Positions 14,721 through 29,613 of a stretch of 64,000 nt of DNA are shown here, one piece after another. The notes below the pieces were generated by a model. It did no database searches. It saw nothing but the letters and a program-made list of their open reading frames with translations, and had not been told where the DNA came from. The DNA comes from Eledone cirrhosa (lineage: Eukaryota): positions 59,086,001-59,150,000 of the forward strand of contig OZ024746.1 in NCBI GenBank assembly GCA_964016885.1. The letters are read 5' to 3'. How positions within the stretch are numbered: position 1 is the first letter of the stretch; each line of letters opens with the position of its first letter. The translations under genes were made by a program, and so were the position numbers.

Positions 14721-15150
14721 TGCCTGACAGCATATGTGGTCTATAAGATCACGTGCAAAAATGAAGCTTTTCATACAGATGTACCATAATGAGGCTCGTT
14801 ATACGGATCAAGGAACATGTGACAATGAGAGACTTTTCCATTAAAAACAACTTGATAGATACTGGAAACAAGGCATTGCGATCACGATAGAGTCGACTGA
14901 AAAGAAATGTTGGAAAGTTAGGGATTAAGGAAGCCATTTTCGTCAGTCGAATAAAACCAGAGATAAATAATAGGCCAGAAATGCACAAGACAGGATGGTT
15001 ACTGTTGCAAACCTGTGCAAGAGCATGCGTTTTGCAAATCAATTAGGTAAGAAGACTCTCAAAAAATAGTCACTCGTTTGTTTCGTCTCGGACTATTTTA
15101 GCTTCGCAACTGAAAAGAGGGTATTAACTCTGAAATATGCTAAAATACAG
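14721..15150 (+). pseudogene. Penelope-like element 3' end: GIY-YIG endonuclease remnant followed by a degenerate hammerhead-like motif
   Basis: 'CLTAYVVYKITCK', 'IRIKEH', 'IKEAIFVSRIKPEIN' match the PLE GIY-YIG layout; at 15094-15147 tattttagc...CTGAAAA-gag..ctc-tGAAAtat-gctaaaata. Confidence 0.7.
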
Positions 15151-15299
15151 TGGGTAAAATGTTATTTTGGCTTGTTTTATTTCATTTGTCTTCATTTGCC
15201 CTTCGTATTTTCTACCACATTGTACAGGCTTTAGTCAAAAACATCGGTCTTTTACTATATATCTTACAATGCTTTAGATACACTTCACTACTATATATG

Positions 15300-15356
<57 letters not shown>

Positions 15357-15628
15357 GCAGAGGTTATATTTAACTTGTTGGGATACAACAAGCTTAAAAA
15401 TATTTTTATAACTGATATAAAGCACTCAACATCTAATATCTCCACTATCCAGGAAGCTCCAAACGTTAAGATTGTCTTTTTTTCAGGGTATGTCAATATT
15501 TATTTATAAAACTAATCTGTATTGTATTTTATCTGATGAAAGCGCACCATAATTTGCCTAGGTAGCCCTTGAAATATGTATAATAAAATAAATATGGTTT
15601 TATAAATATAGTTTCCATTTATTAATAT

Positions 15629-15671
<43 letters not shown>

Positions 15672-15774
15672 CAATACACTGTATGCTTAAATAAAAGCAT
15701 TTTGAAGACCATACGCTATTGTTTTAAAGAAGTGACAGTGTCACTTACTTACATTTTCAGCAAACAGGGGAGAT

Positions 15775-15821
15775 AAGCTGACAGAGCTCTGTTTCGTACT
15801 TGTTGGTACTTATCAAAGCTC
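15775..15821 (-). ncRNA. Degenerate hammerhead ribozyme
   Basis: Minus strand gagct-TTGATAA-gtac caacaa gtac-GAAAC-agagctct-GTC-agctt; palindromic stem III; two substitutions in the CUGAUGA box. Confidence 0.6.
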
Positions 15822-16076
15822 ACTACACTCCCTGAAAATTATGTGTGTTGGATTCTTACAGAATTCCAGTAATAATCAAGAACTGATTATACAGAGCGGT
15901 CGCCGGTCCAGCAGAAATTGAAAATTAGAATTGGTGCCCTGAAATAGCGATATATATATGAATGTATATACAGTGTATTTTGCAATACACTGTATGCTTA
16001 ATTAAAAGCATATATATGATATATATATACATATATATATGATATACATATATATGTATAATAAATGATATATATT

Positions 16077-16123
<47 letters not shown>

Positions 16124-16171
16124 GATATACATACATATGTATATGAGATATATATATATATGTATATATGT

Positions 16172-16261
<90 letters not shown>

Positions 16262-16328
16262 ATGGGAAGAAGGAGGGAAACTGCGTGGTTGCACATGGGT
16301 TACATATTATAAAATTAGTCCCTCATCA

Positions 16329-16418
<90 letters not shown>

Positions 16419-16839
16419 CATATATACATATATATATATATGAATATAATCCCACAGACGCTGGCAATGACTAATGGTTAATAAGCATGAATCATAATTA
16501 GGTCATCGTTAAACATACATGTTCCATTCCGTCCCTGAATTGGTCAGCCATAATTATATTCTGTTAATCAAGGCAATAGCGTCAATGGAAGTGGCTTTGT
16601 GTGGGAGGGGAGGGTGTAGGGGCATGTGTGTGTATGCACATGTGTGTTAGTGCATATTTGGCCAATCACTTGTGTGCCTATACGTTTGTGTTAATTGTGT
16701 AAACGCATGTTTGTTGCACGTGACTGCTATCCCTCGTGACCGTCGTTTTGTATGCGTATGTGCATGCACATATTTATATGCATACGTGTATATATAAATA
16801 TATATATATTTATATACATACACACAAATATATGTGTGT

Positions 16840-16921
<82 letters not shown>

Positions 16922-17069
16922 CTATATATATATATATTTTATATATTTATATATATAGAGAGAGAGACAGAAAAATAGCTAAGTATATTTACACACACAC
17001 ACACCCATATATATTTATATATATATGTATAAATATATATGTACTATATAATATATCTACATATATATA

Positions 17070-17147
<78 letters not shown>

Positions 17148-17152
17148 TATAC

Positions 17153-17232
<80 letters not shown>

Positions 17233-17542
17233 ATGCGTGTGTACGTACACACGTTTTCCCCCTCTATGTCTACAAGTAGATGTTAAAATGCCTGCTATAT
17301 ATGCTTAAACATGTATGAATCACTGCTATTGTATATCTATCGGATGTATTTACATTTGTTGTTGTTGCACTTGTCATTGTAGTTGCATTTGTAGTGATTG
17401 TTATGCTTGCTATCGTTCCCGTTTGCTGTTGTTGTTGTTGTTGTTATTGTGCTTTTTATTATTGCTGTTACTACTGTTGTTGTAGTTGCTATTGTTGGTA
17501 TTTTTTCTATTTTTACTATTGTTCTTGCTGCTGTTGTGCTTT

Positions 17543-17700
17543 GGGAGTATCGGTAGAGGGTCGGACACCATGCAGCACATAGTTACGGACCTTTACGGTC
17601 TGGGTTCAAATCCCGCCGAGGTTAACTTTGCATTTCATCCTTACGAAGTCGATAAAATAAAGTACCAGTAATGCACTGCTATAATTGCGGACCTTGTGCA
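17543..17700 (+). mobile_element. Family-A SINE
   Basis: 'gtatcggtagagggtcggac...gggttcaaatcccgccgagg...gtcgataaaataaagtacc'. Confidence 0.85.
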
Positions 17701-17809
17701 ATTATTACTGCTGTTGATGTTATTGCTACTTTTGTTAATGAAAATGTCTTTATTGTTGTTATATTTGTATTTGGTGTTGATGTTGCTGCAGTTGTAGTTT
17801 TATCCTTGA

Positions 17810-18904
17810 CTAGCATTAAAGCCCGGCGTTGCTCGGGGTCAGTAAGTTACCAAAGTTAGGTTGCACCACCCATTTTATGGCAGCACTTTTTTGTCTGCCA
17901 GGCACTGGGTGAATGAATTGCAGACCTGGAAGCAGGAGCTGCGCTAGCAGTGACAATTGTAGTTTCGCCTATGGATATTATCTCTGTGCAAAAAAGTGTT
18001 GAAATTTATTGTTTCACAGTACTTGCGCAACACGCGCGTAGACGATGCCAGCCGAACAACAGAGCTGCGATGGAGTTGTTCTGCATGGTTGTCTGTGTGT
18101 TTTCTAAATTTAAGACAGTAGGGAGGGTTGTGATATGAGGGAGAGTTAGCTGTTGTTTCTAGCAGGTTTAGTGACCTCATAGAAGATATGTTTTCTAAAT
18201 TTAAGACAATAGGGATGGGTGTGATATGGGGGAGAGTTAGCTGATGTTTCTAGCAGGTTTACTAACCTCATAGAGGATATGTGTTTTCTAAATTTAAGAC
18301 AGTAGGGAGTGGTGTGGTATGGGGAGAGTTAGCTGCTGTTTCTAGCAGGTTTAGTGACCTCATAGAGGATATAATTGTTTATCATTATCTATAAAAGGCA
18401 GATTGTTGTTGTTGAAGTGAGTGTGTGTTTGTATGCGTTTGAAAAAGAGGTTTTAAAAAAGATTTATCGCTTGTTGTTGAATAAATGTATCTGTTGCTTT
18501 TGAATAATTGTCGTTTCGTATGAAATGTAATAATTTAAAGTATAAAAGAGAAAGTAGCAAAATGTGTGGGTTGTAGATAGAGATAAGCAGATGATATGAG
18601 AGAGTAAAACGGACAGTATCACCATCAAGCTTGGAAAGAGAAAGTAGCAGAAAGTATGAAGTTGTATAGATTTTGAATGGTAGTGGAAAGAGTTTAGCAG
18701 TTTAAATGACAGAAAAAAATCGTAAAATATTGAGTTTTATCTATTTTTTGCGTAATTGTGGGTGAAATTGAAAAAATGAGATGTGCCAAAACGCAATCGA
18801 AACTATTTCGAATACTGAAGTGTAAATTTCAATTGAAGAAATTCTATATCGTAGATTTCTCTAAGAAAAGAGCATGACCACACACTGAGCTTTATAGATT
18901 ATGA
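17810..18904 (-). mobile_element. Non-autonomous Helitron
   Basis: Minus strand starts a|TC(ataatc)tataaagc and ends with hairpin cccgagcaacgccggg, an 8-nt spacer and CTAG|t; canonical Helitron termini at an AT target. Confidence 0.7.
18096..18371 (+). repeat. Three ~92-bp tandem units inside the Helitron
   Basis: 'gttttctaaatttaagaca.taggga...gagagttagctg..gtttctagcaggttta.t.acctcataga.gatat' x3. Confidence 0.9.
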
Positions 18905-19144
18905 TGTAGTAGTTGTTTTGTTGTTACTGACATTTTTGTTGTTATTGTTGGTGTTGTTGCTTTTCCTCTTGTCATCGTGGTGTTAGTTGTGGTTGATGAT
19001 ATTTTATAGATCCTGGATAGATTGAATAGTCACCTACAATTCACCTATTATAGTGTAATGTAGTGTCGCGCAATATAAGCAATAATATAACTAATAGTAG
19101 TGTACTTGTATAGTTTTGATGGAGACGCACGACCAACTGGTTAA

Positions 19145-19332
19145 GGCAATGGTTTCCAAATTAGGTTCCGCGGAAGACAAACGTTCCGCAAAGGAGTGTC
19201 TGGCGTTCCGTGAAAAAAGAGTACCGAAGTATAATTATATTACGACCATATAACAATATTAGACTTTGGTGTTCCCCAAAAATTTTCTGAACAGAAAAGG
19301 GTTCCGCGTTTGTAAAAGTTTGTTGAACCCTG
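19145..19332. mobile_element. Possible hAT-type MITE
   Basis: Imperfect TIRs caatggtttccaaa / tttgttgaaccctg; repeated subterminal 'gttccg' motifs. Confidence 0.45.
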
Positions 19333-20419
19333 TGTTATATTACGAACATGAGCACAAAGTCATGAAATAATTTCCTGAGCCGCTCTGGGCGGTTGTGTAG
19401 TTTAGTCCAAATCAAGAAGACCAATGATTAAAAGCATTCTAGGTGTGACAATCCTCTTTTACAATCTGCTGAGAGCTCAAGTTCTAAACATCACCCGCAC
19501 CTCAAATCTATACATCTGCACCACACGTCAACATTATCTAACTCATGGAGAATGAAACGAGCCCCTTCATTGCCACCCAACCTACTAGAAAGACATACGA
19601 GCCTACTGTCCTAGAAAATTAGAAAATTAGAAAGGATATATGGAATGTGTTGGACTGCACCTCCGTTGGTTGCGATGAGGAGTGTTACAGTTCTTCGAAA
19701 CAGAGAACAGTCTGTTCGTGAGATTAATCTGCATGTGATTCAGCATTCTATTAACATGTGCATCCATGATATGATATTATTCTCCGGGATAATCAGCGAG
19801 ATACAATGTGGGGCATATATGGCCCTTTGATTTAAAGATACAACTCATTTTCACTAGGTGAATGGACTGGAGCAACGTGAAAGCTGCCGCCACAAATCGA
19901 TCTTGCAACATTGTGATCCTGAGCTAAACACGAAACTACAAAGCCAACGCGCCCTCGCAACACATTGAATAAGACTGCAAAATTACAAACACTGTATATG
20001 AAAAATGAAAAGAGCTGAAAGAGCTGGTAATGGTCTAAACACAATTGATCACAGGTCAATTATCATGTTTGAGGATAGTGCTGACCTATGGCTAAGCACC
20101 AACAATAACTACGTACAACCCATACATCACCACACAATTTCATGCCATTCTGAATCAATAGCGGGTTACACTGTTAGTCTTTTGTACCCATTTCATTCTC
20201 GTTGCACTGAGTTTCATCACAAAAAGCCACCGGCCGCCCCATCCGCTAGCCCACACTAAAGACAAAACAATTTCTAGATGTTGAGATTATTGTCGATCTG
20301 AGTGGAGGGGATGTATTTTTAAAGTAATTCTCTCTCAACAGTGATTTTACGCGTATGCATATACACATATGCACACACATACATATCTCCCCACACCTAT
20401 ACACACATACACACACACA

Positions 20420-20524
<105 letters not shown>

Positions 20525-20571
20525 GTAGATATATATATATACATCTATATGTAGATATATATACATATATG

Positions 20572-20647
<76 letters not shown>

Positions 20648-20716
20648 CATATATATATATACATATATGTATATACGTACTAAGAGTGAGAAATGAAATT
20701 TCGTTTCATTCTTTCC

Positions 20717-20881
<165 letters not shown>

Positions 20882-21208
20882 CATATATGTATATACATAC
20901 TCATATGCATACATACATGCGTCCATGCATACATACATACATACATGCATGCATACATACATACATACATACATACATACATACATACATACATACATAC
21001 ATACATACATACATACATACATACATACATACATACATGCATGCATGAGTATCAATATAAGCAAGTGTTCGAGTACGCGTGTATGGGTGAGTCATAATGG
21101 AAAAAGAGAGCTTATGTGATGCTCTCTGCTCAGTAAACCGGGACAATTCACCATTGTGCCATCAGCAACTATATATATATGTGTGTGTGAGTGTATATAT
21201 ATACCTAC

Positions 21209-21307
<99 letters not shown>

Positions 21308-21530
21308 CATATATATATATATACATATATATATACATACACACACATACATATATATATATGTGTGTGTGCGAGTGTATATATATATATACATATACAT
21401 ATTTATATATACCATATATAAATATATACATATATATATAAAAAAAAAATATATATATATATACACATACACACACATACATATATATATATATATACAT
21501 ATATATATGTGTGTGTGAGAGCGTGTATGC

Positions 21531-21565
<35 letters not shown>

Positions 21566-21595
21566 CACGCTCACACACACCCACACACACATATA

Positions 21596-21659
<64 letters not shown>

Positions 21660-21853
21660 AGCGTGTATGCATATATATATATATATATATATATGCATAC
21701 ACGCTCACACACACATATATACATATATGTGTGTGTATATATATATATGCTAAGAATCGGGGACCATTTCACTTTACGCTTCAATGATCTCATCGATTAT
21801 TAGTATCATTCGTATTATTTATTTTGTTGCTGATTCTATTGTAATTATTTGTT

Positions 21854-21900
<47 letters not shown>

Positions 21901-22269
21901 AATCATCATCATCAGGATGGTCACCATTAATATCTTTATTACTGTTTTTGTTGCAGTTGTCGAAGTAAGGTTGTTATAGATATGATGTGCATTATTGTAC
22001 TCTTTCCCGTAGAATCCTCTGACCCCCTCCTCTTCAGTCATCAACTATGTGTCACATCATGGGCCCTCATACCAACACCAGTACCTCCCACTACCATATT
22101 CCAATACCTCCCGCTTCCCCCGTCCCTGCTCCTCTTTATCGCCAGTAATTTTCTGCTTAGCATTTGGAAAGATATCAGTAAGACTATAGGAGAAATCCTA
22201 TCCACACATACGTACTGAAGTATTGAAACTAATGTTCAGAAACATTTCTTATTAGATTAACATAGAAGT

Positions 22270-22520
22270 GGATGCCCGTGGCCAAGTGGTAAGTGTGTTT
22301 GACTTACCATCATAATGTGGTGAGTTCGATTCCTGGGCTGGGCTGCGTTGGGTTGCGTGTATTGTTCTTGAGCAAAACACTTCATTTCACGTTTCTCCAG
22401 TATATTCAGCTGAAAATGAGTACAACCAATAGCTGGGGGTTTAACCCTGCAATGGACTGGTGTCCTATCCAGGGAGAATTCTTGTACTCTCAGTCGCTTC
22501 CTCCATGAAACCGGAATAAG
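22270..22520 (+). mobile_element. tRNA-derived SINE related to family B
   Basis: 'gtggccaagtggtaag...gagttcgattcc...ttcttgagcaaaacactt...gcaatggactggtgtcctatccaggg...gaaaccgg'. Confidence 0.75.
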
Positions 22521-22866
22521 CACTGATAACGAACCTTAAATAGCTTAAGACGGACTTTTAACAAAGAAAGACCTGACACACACATGTACACACACGTATT
22601 CACCACCACCCACAATACACACACATATGCCCGCAAACAGATTAAGTTGTTCCGAGGCCACTTTCCTCCCTCCCTCCTAATTCTCCTCCAAACTACACTC
22701 AAACTACACTCAAACTATACTCAAACTACACTCAAGCTTCATTCAATTTATGATAGAGAAGACTCGAATGCCACTAGTGTACTTTTTACTTGATCGATAT
22801 ATTAGATATTGTTTTCGTGGGTCAGTGGATGTGAATAAAAAACATTTATAAAGTTCCTTATCACTC

Positions 22867-22937
<71 letters not shown>

Positions 22938-23534
22938 CTCTCTCTCTCTCTCTCTCTCGTCCTCTCTCTCTCTCCTTCGCTTTGAGCATGTGGTAGTGTG
23001 TATGTGTGTATGTGTGTATGTGTGTATATGTATGTTTCTCTCTCTCTCTCAATTTCTTTCTCACTCTTAGTCTCTCCCTCCTCTCTCTCTCTCCCCATCT
23101 CTCTACTTGCCCCCCTCTCTCTACCCCCTCTCTCTCTATCTTACTTTAACATAGTATTTTTCTGTATGTGTATTCATATACGGTCATTCAGTCAAACATT
23201 GACATCGCTAGAAGTTCTACATTAACAATCTATGGAGGATTAGATGCAGGGAAATGTGGCGATGTTTTCGGGGAAGTCCCAGGTATCACAAGAATGAACT
23301 GGCTGGTCTGTTCTAGAATACTTTCTGTTCGGGGGACTATGAACGATTTCCAAAAATCTCTGACCTGGCAGAAATCTCGGGTGGAGTGAGGGTTCATTAC
23401 CATTTCGAAGCAAATTTTATATGCATAGAAATGCTGTCAGTCGAGCCCGTTCGAGATGCGCATAGAAAGACTAAACACTTCTGCACACACTCTTTTAATG
23501 CCCGTGTATGGATGTATGTATGTATGTACAATTA

Positions 23535-24490
23535 AGAGTCAATGGCCATCCAAAATCACCGGGAGAGATGACCCCTTAGCCTTTGTCAAGGCAGAATTCT
23601 AGGAGAAGGAAAACTCTGATATAACACCTGCAACCCTGATGGTATCCAATGATGTTGACTTGTTCTTCTTTTTAGTAAATATCATCTTGGTTAAGAGAGT
23701 GGCACTGGCTTTGTGCAGTGCCTTTGCTCACTATAAAAGCTTCACAGCACAGGCATTGCCTTATATCTGGAGATCTCTCTGCACTTGTCGTCACATGGTA
23801 CCATGGGCCCAGCACTATGTGTCAATAATTGTCACAAGTGTAGTGTTTGTACCAGAGTTTTCAAGTCGCTGGCTGGACTAAAAAGTCACACTCATTCAGC
23901 GCATCGGTAGGGGTTCTCCTACATGGATATAAAGTAGTGGCCGTACTGGAAAACAAGTTAGCAGCCACCATGTATTATGAATGTATGTGGTTGACTACCA
24001 GGCTGCTGTCGGTGATGCTGCTCATCATACCTGTCAAGCATGTGGAAGAGAGTGTAGATCAGCAGGAGGGCTCAAACAACATGCACAAGTACATAAACCA
24101 TAGCCGGCTACTGCCAGTGAATGTTTGGGTTGCCAACTCTGTGCAAGACATTTTAGATCATTGGCTGGGCTAAAAAGCCACATTCGATCACAGTATCGTT
24201 AATTATTAATATATATTTTTTTTTGCTTCATACTTTTTTTTTTCGTGCAATGGCCATACTTGATAACGAGGGGGGCAGATATCATGTATGTATGTATGTA
24301 TATATTTTGGTAAATATCATCTTGATTAAGAGAGTGGGACTGGCTTTGTGCAGTGCCTTTGCTCACTATAAAAGCTTCACGGCGCTGGCTGGACTAAAAA
24401 GTCACACTCGTTCAGCGCATCGATAGGGGTTCTCCTACATGGATATAAAGTAGTGGCCGTACTCGAAAGCGAGTTGGCAGCCACCATGTT
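23535..24490 (+). mobile_element. Cluster of RTE-derived non-autonomous pieces with C2H2 zinc-finger remnants
   Basis: RTE-type 5' motif 'ctaggagaaggaaaactctgatataa'; in-frame CSVCTRVFKSLAGLKSHTHSAH (23839-23910) and CQACGRECRSAGGLKQHAQVH..CQLCARHFRSLAGLKSH (24032-24202); 23670-23972 partly duplicated at 24306-24490. Confidence 0.6.
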
Positions 24491-24524
24491 TGTATGTATA
24501 TATGTATGTATGTATGTAAGTGTG

Positions 24525-24830
24525 AAGGCGCGTGGCTTTGAGGTTAGGGTATTCGGCTCACAATCACAAGTTCGTGAGTTTGATTCCCAGCGGCGCGTTG
24601 TGTCTGTCCTTGAGCAAGACACTTTATTTCAATTTGCTCCAGTCCACAATGAGTTGTACCTGTAATTCGAGGCGTCATCCTTGTCACGTTCTGTGTCACG
24701 CTGAATCTCCCTGGGAACTACGGTAAGGGTACGCGTGTCTGTGGAATCGTCAGCAACGATAATTTCACGAGCAGGCTGTTCGATGGTCGGATCAACTGGA
24801 AACCTAGTCGTCGTAACCGACGGAGTGCCT
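24525..24830 (+). mobile_element. tRNA-derived SINE related to family B
   Basis: 'ggcgcgtggctttgaggttagg...gagtttgattcc...gtccttgagcaagacactttatttc'. Confidence 0.8.
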
Positions 24831-25911
24831 TCAGGTGTGTGTGTGTGTGTGCTTGTAACTATATGTATATATATATATATATTCATACATATGTGTGCGG
24901 TGAATGTGTAATATTAAAGTCACGTCTATAGCGGCTTCCTACATCAGATACAAACGGTCTAGAGTTTCTCTTAGATAAAATATGTCATGCGATATTAAAG
25001 ACGCGCTGATGTGAATAATAAGGCTTATAGCCTGTAATAAGTTTGTATGAAATGTGTTTCTGCATGAAATTTGAACATTTTATGTTGATTCGTCTTTGTT
25101 TAAAAATGTTTATTTTGTGTAAATGTTTGAGTGAGATATATGTGTAGTATGATTTTCAACATTTTATGTTGATTTGTTTCCAGAGGCTTTTGTTTTCAGT
25201 TGTTGTAATTTGGAGGTAAGTTAAATCGAGTGTCCATAAAACGGGGTGTGTATAGGAATTTGCTTGAAGATTAGAAATGGACAAAGAAAATTTGAACGCT
25301 AGCAAAGTACGTATTAGCGAATTCGCATAATACCTAAGGAGTTCTATATTGTTGTGCGTGAGTATGACGCCCCTCTGGCTAGAATGGACTAGACGCCTAC
25401 ATATAAATAGTAGCGGCCTGAGTAAAAGGGCAGGCGGGTTTCACAGTTCGAGTTAGCGTGTTGGATTGTTGGTTCTAAAAAGATTGCTGTTCCGTTACAT
25501 GTGGTTATTGCCGTTTGTTTCGATTTTATTGTTATTACACTGTTGCAGTGTATTCGATTATCCATAAGGACATAACATACACAAAGAGCACATGCACACA
25601 CAACGCCCTACCATGGCCGCAATCTAATGACTGACACCAATAAAAGAATACAAGAATACAAGAATATGCATGTAAGAATATGCATGTAAGTCACAATGAT
25701 AGACGTTGTTTTGCTTTAATTTCATACTGTAGAAAAGAAACGTATCTTTGACTATTTAGGAAACTAATCTATTGAAATTAACATTGATCAAGTTATTTGG
25801 CACTTATATTTAATGTCAGCCAAACTAAGGCATTACAGATAATCTGCAGGGTGCAGATTTTCTGGAACTTATATTTAACGTCCCCAAACTGAAGTAACAT
25901 GTAGATTGCAG

Positions 25912-25973
<62 letters not shown>

Positions 25974-26150
25974 AACAAAAGACAGTTACTTTAGTACATC
26001 CCAATTTATTTTATTATATGTATTTCGAAGATGTATGGCTTATGTATAACATGTTTTCTTCAAATGAAATCCATCCACAGGAGATGCAGAATGTAGATAT
26101 CATTTGATATGTATGTGGTCAGACGAGTTATTCAGTTCGGTGGCCGGCAA

Positions 26151-26227
<77 letters not shown>

Positions 26228-26230
<3 letters not shown>

Positions 26231-26418
26231 ATAGAATACTGGTGGGTTATATCCGTAGTAGTAGAGCACTCAGTCCATGAGTGGAGTTTGGTAGAATTAG
26301 TTCCACAACAGTTAGTTCACCACACCGAAAACAATTGCTTCACCTTATTCAGATCCTCGAGCTGAGGATCCGAATAAGGTGAAACTGTGGTGAACTAACT
26401 GTTGTGGAACTACTTCTA
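26228..26418. mobile_element. Fold-back element in (TA)n, same family as 7463-7540, centred on the hammerhead
   Basis: Arms 26292-26358 / 26363-26418; CTGAGGA-tccgaataaggt-GAAAC; unpaired tail 26228-26291 with GAGTGCTC on the minus strand. Confidence 0.75.
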
Positions 26419-26475
26419 TATATATATCCCCATGACCGACCAACTGTCGGGCGCCAAACGGCGCCGCTGGTCACA

Positions 26476-26565
<90 letters not shown>

Positions 26566-29454
26566 TTATATTAAAGAACAACGTAATTAGTACCCTCGTT
26601 TTGAACTCATGAACTCTAATCAGCTAGTCCAGTAACTTTAGAAATTTTGCATTGAAATCTCCAATATAGTATTTTGAATATTGAGTGTATTTGTAAATAA
26701 TAAACTGTTGGAATTTTCTCAAAATAGCTGGCAATTCTAACCGTAGGCAAGAAATCTCTGTAGAACGTCACAGAACATTCATTGTTTTATTATTGTCAAG
26801 AATTTAGGAGAGAAAAGGAAATTATCAACCATTGTGTTCACTAATAGATTTGTTGCGTTTAAGATACTTCCGTGATATGATGTTGGAACTAGAAATAATA
26901 TAGCGCCGTTCTCAGTTGTGAATTATATTCAGAACTTTGTCAACCTCAGCAGGGTTACTTTTAAGCATATTAAACTGGCAATGTCAATTACGTCAGTTGG
27001 ATTTCAAACATAATTCTAAGTTCAGAGGTTTGTTTCGACTGTTTACGAACTAATCTTGGTAAACAGATCCAGCAATATAATAATATTCTTTCCGAAATTT
27101 GTTTATATCAAATTTCATGCTATCTTGCTGTCTTGATAGTGTTTCTTGTTTCTTTAATGCCAACTTAATTATCAAAGGTTTGTATTGTGTTATTGCAATG
27201 GTTTTAGGTTGTTATTGAGAATCAACAAACTGTAAATGTTTTACAGAGAGAAGACACACAAGAGTTCAACAAGCAGTGGTTATTTAATGTAACTAATGTT
27301 TGTTTAGTCCACATGCACTGCTGAGGTCAGGTCTAATATTAACATAACCAATACAGAAAGATTATATTTGCCACAACAAGTTAGAGTTCGTGTATTGTGG
27401 AATATCTACTGTAAGACTTCTAAAATATCTGGTAAAGAATAATTGAAAACTAATAAAGGGTTCTGTCTTCATGAATAGCAACAATAGAAAACAGATTCTA
27501 AAGTAACAAGCAATTGTGAGGTGAATGAAAAAAAAAAATGTACCTTGTTAAAATCTAAAACCAAATTTGAAAATAGGGTGACATAGCTCCATACTAAAAC
27601 AATAATCCAATTCCACCGTCTGAAATGCTTTCCCCATTCTCATCTTTTCTTAGAGACACCGATGTAGAAGATTTCTAGCTGAGCATGACCCGCACCAATC
27701 TCAATCTCACCAAAATATCATTATTGGGAATGTCCCTCCGCTTCGAACAAACTTTCGTGATAAAACAACAGCATCAACAACCCCAATAACAAGAAGCAAG
27801 AATGAAAACAACTACCTTCAGCAATATAAATAGCAGCAATAACAAGACAGACAACAACAGCAACAAATGCGGGAGCAGTAACAGCAGCAACTACAACAGC
27901 AACAACAAATAAGCACAACTTTCAATTCCCAACTCAATTTACCATTTCTATTCATTAGAAATTAAATAGTTAATAGACAGGTGCCATTTCCAAGAAACAT
28001 TAATTTCAGTTCATCGGCTTTTCATAAAATCACGTGGTTAGTATGTGGGGTTGTGGAGAGGTTGGCTAGAATGGAGGAAATAATTCAAATTATAGAGACT
28101 ATATTAGTGGAGTGTGATGGCCTATCGATTTCTTACTTTGGTATCATGCCAGCAACTTTTACACAAGTTGTCTAGTCGAATTAATCAACCTCAGTGCATT
28201 ACTGTTATTGTGAGTTATCCAACACGCGGGATTTAGGGAGGGAAATACCTCTATGATCTCAGGAAACAGCTCTCAATCTCCAGGAAGGACTGGACGGAAA
28301 CTCTAATGGCAATAGAAGAAGCAGCCAGAAAGAGTTCTAACTTGCTATGATCAGGGAGGAAGAAAAGTTACCTACATAAGGCGTACATGCCTTATACACA
28401 AGACGTTTTCAGCGCCGTTACCTCGTTATCCACCGAGGTGAAACATTTACAACTGTGTTCGCTGTAAGCACGATGAAACATCCAACTGTTGCTTTGCCAA
28501 GAATGTGAGACAGTAGTGTTACCAAACATTTAAAGGTTCAATCCCAGTAGCTTGTTGAGTTAATTTTTTTTTGTGGGGAGGGGATATCTTAGGAAGTGAA
28601 TCCGATATTGAAATTAGGAAGTATAAGTTGGTGTCTCTCTCCTGGCATTACAGACTGGAGTGTGTCTTCCTGTATTCTACCATGTCTGGTCAGTCCACCA
28701 GGTAACTTGGGGATTAAGTTAAGTCAGTCTCATTGTAAATGTGCCGCGAAGGGCTCGGTGGTAGAACCATCGCAGAAGTGACTCGATTTCTCCCTCGTTA
28801 GTATGACTTCAGATCGTTGACAAACATTCCACCTCAATCCCTACTAGACTTTTGTAGGTGCTGCACTTGGATCCCGAACGAACGTTTCAACACAGCATGC
28901 TCCACTCCCTTTTTCTCAAAGACATTACATCCATACTTGATGATCATTCTTCATGATGTACGGAACAGTAATGGAGCGGTAAAAATATGTAAAACATTCC
29001 AAAAGTGTTGCATCTAATAACTGCATTACACATGTACAGATACAAAGCATATACACATGCACACATACAACTCAAAACATACACATCCATACATACAATA
29101 ACATCCATATCTACATATGCATGCAGACATAGATATCTACCTAGTTGATGTTGTGTAAATTCCAATGGAGAGTCTTGTCGCTATGTTAGAAACGGACTCT
29201 CTCTCTATTGGCAAAAATGTATGAAATACATACATACATACATACATACATACATACATACATACATACATACATACATACATACATACATACATACATA
29301 CATACATACATACATACATACATACACAGACACTAATACATATGGTGAGAGGAGTTGCTGCGTCTCCCTGAGTAATATATACTGAAATATATATAATAAA
29401 ATATATTTGATCACATGAATGTCTATATTTATTAATATTTTGAAGTAATATATA

Positions 29455-29534
<80 letters not shown>

Positions 29535-29554
29535 TATATATAAATATATATATA

Positions 29555-29613
<59 letters not shown>

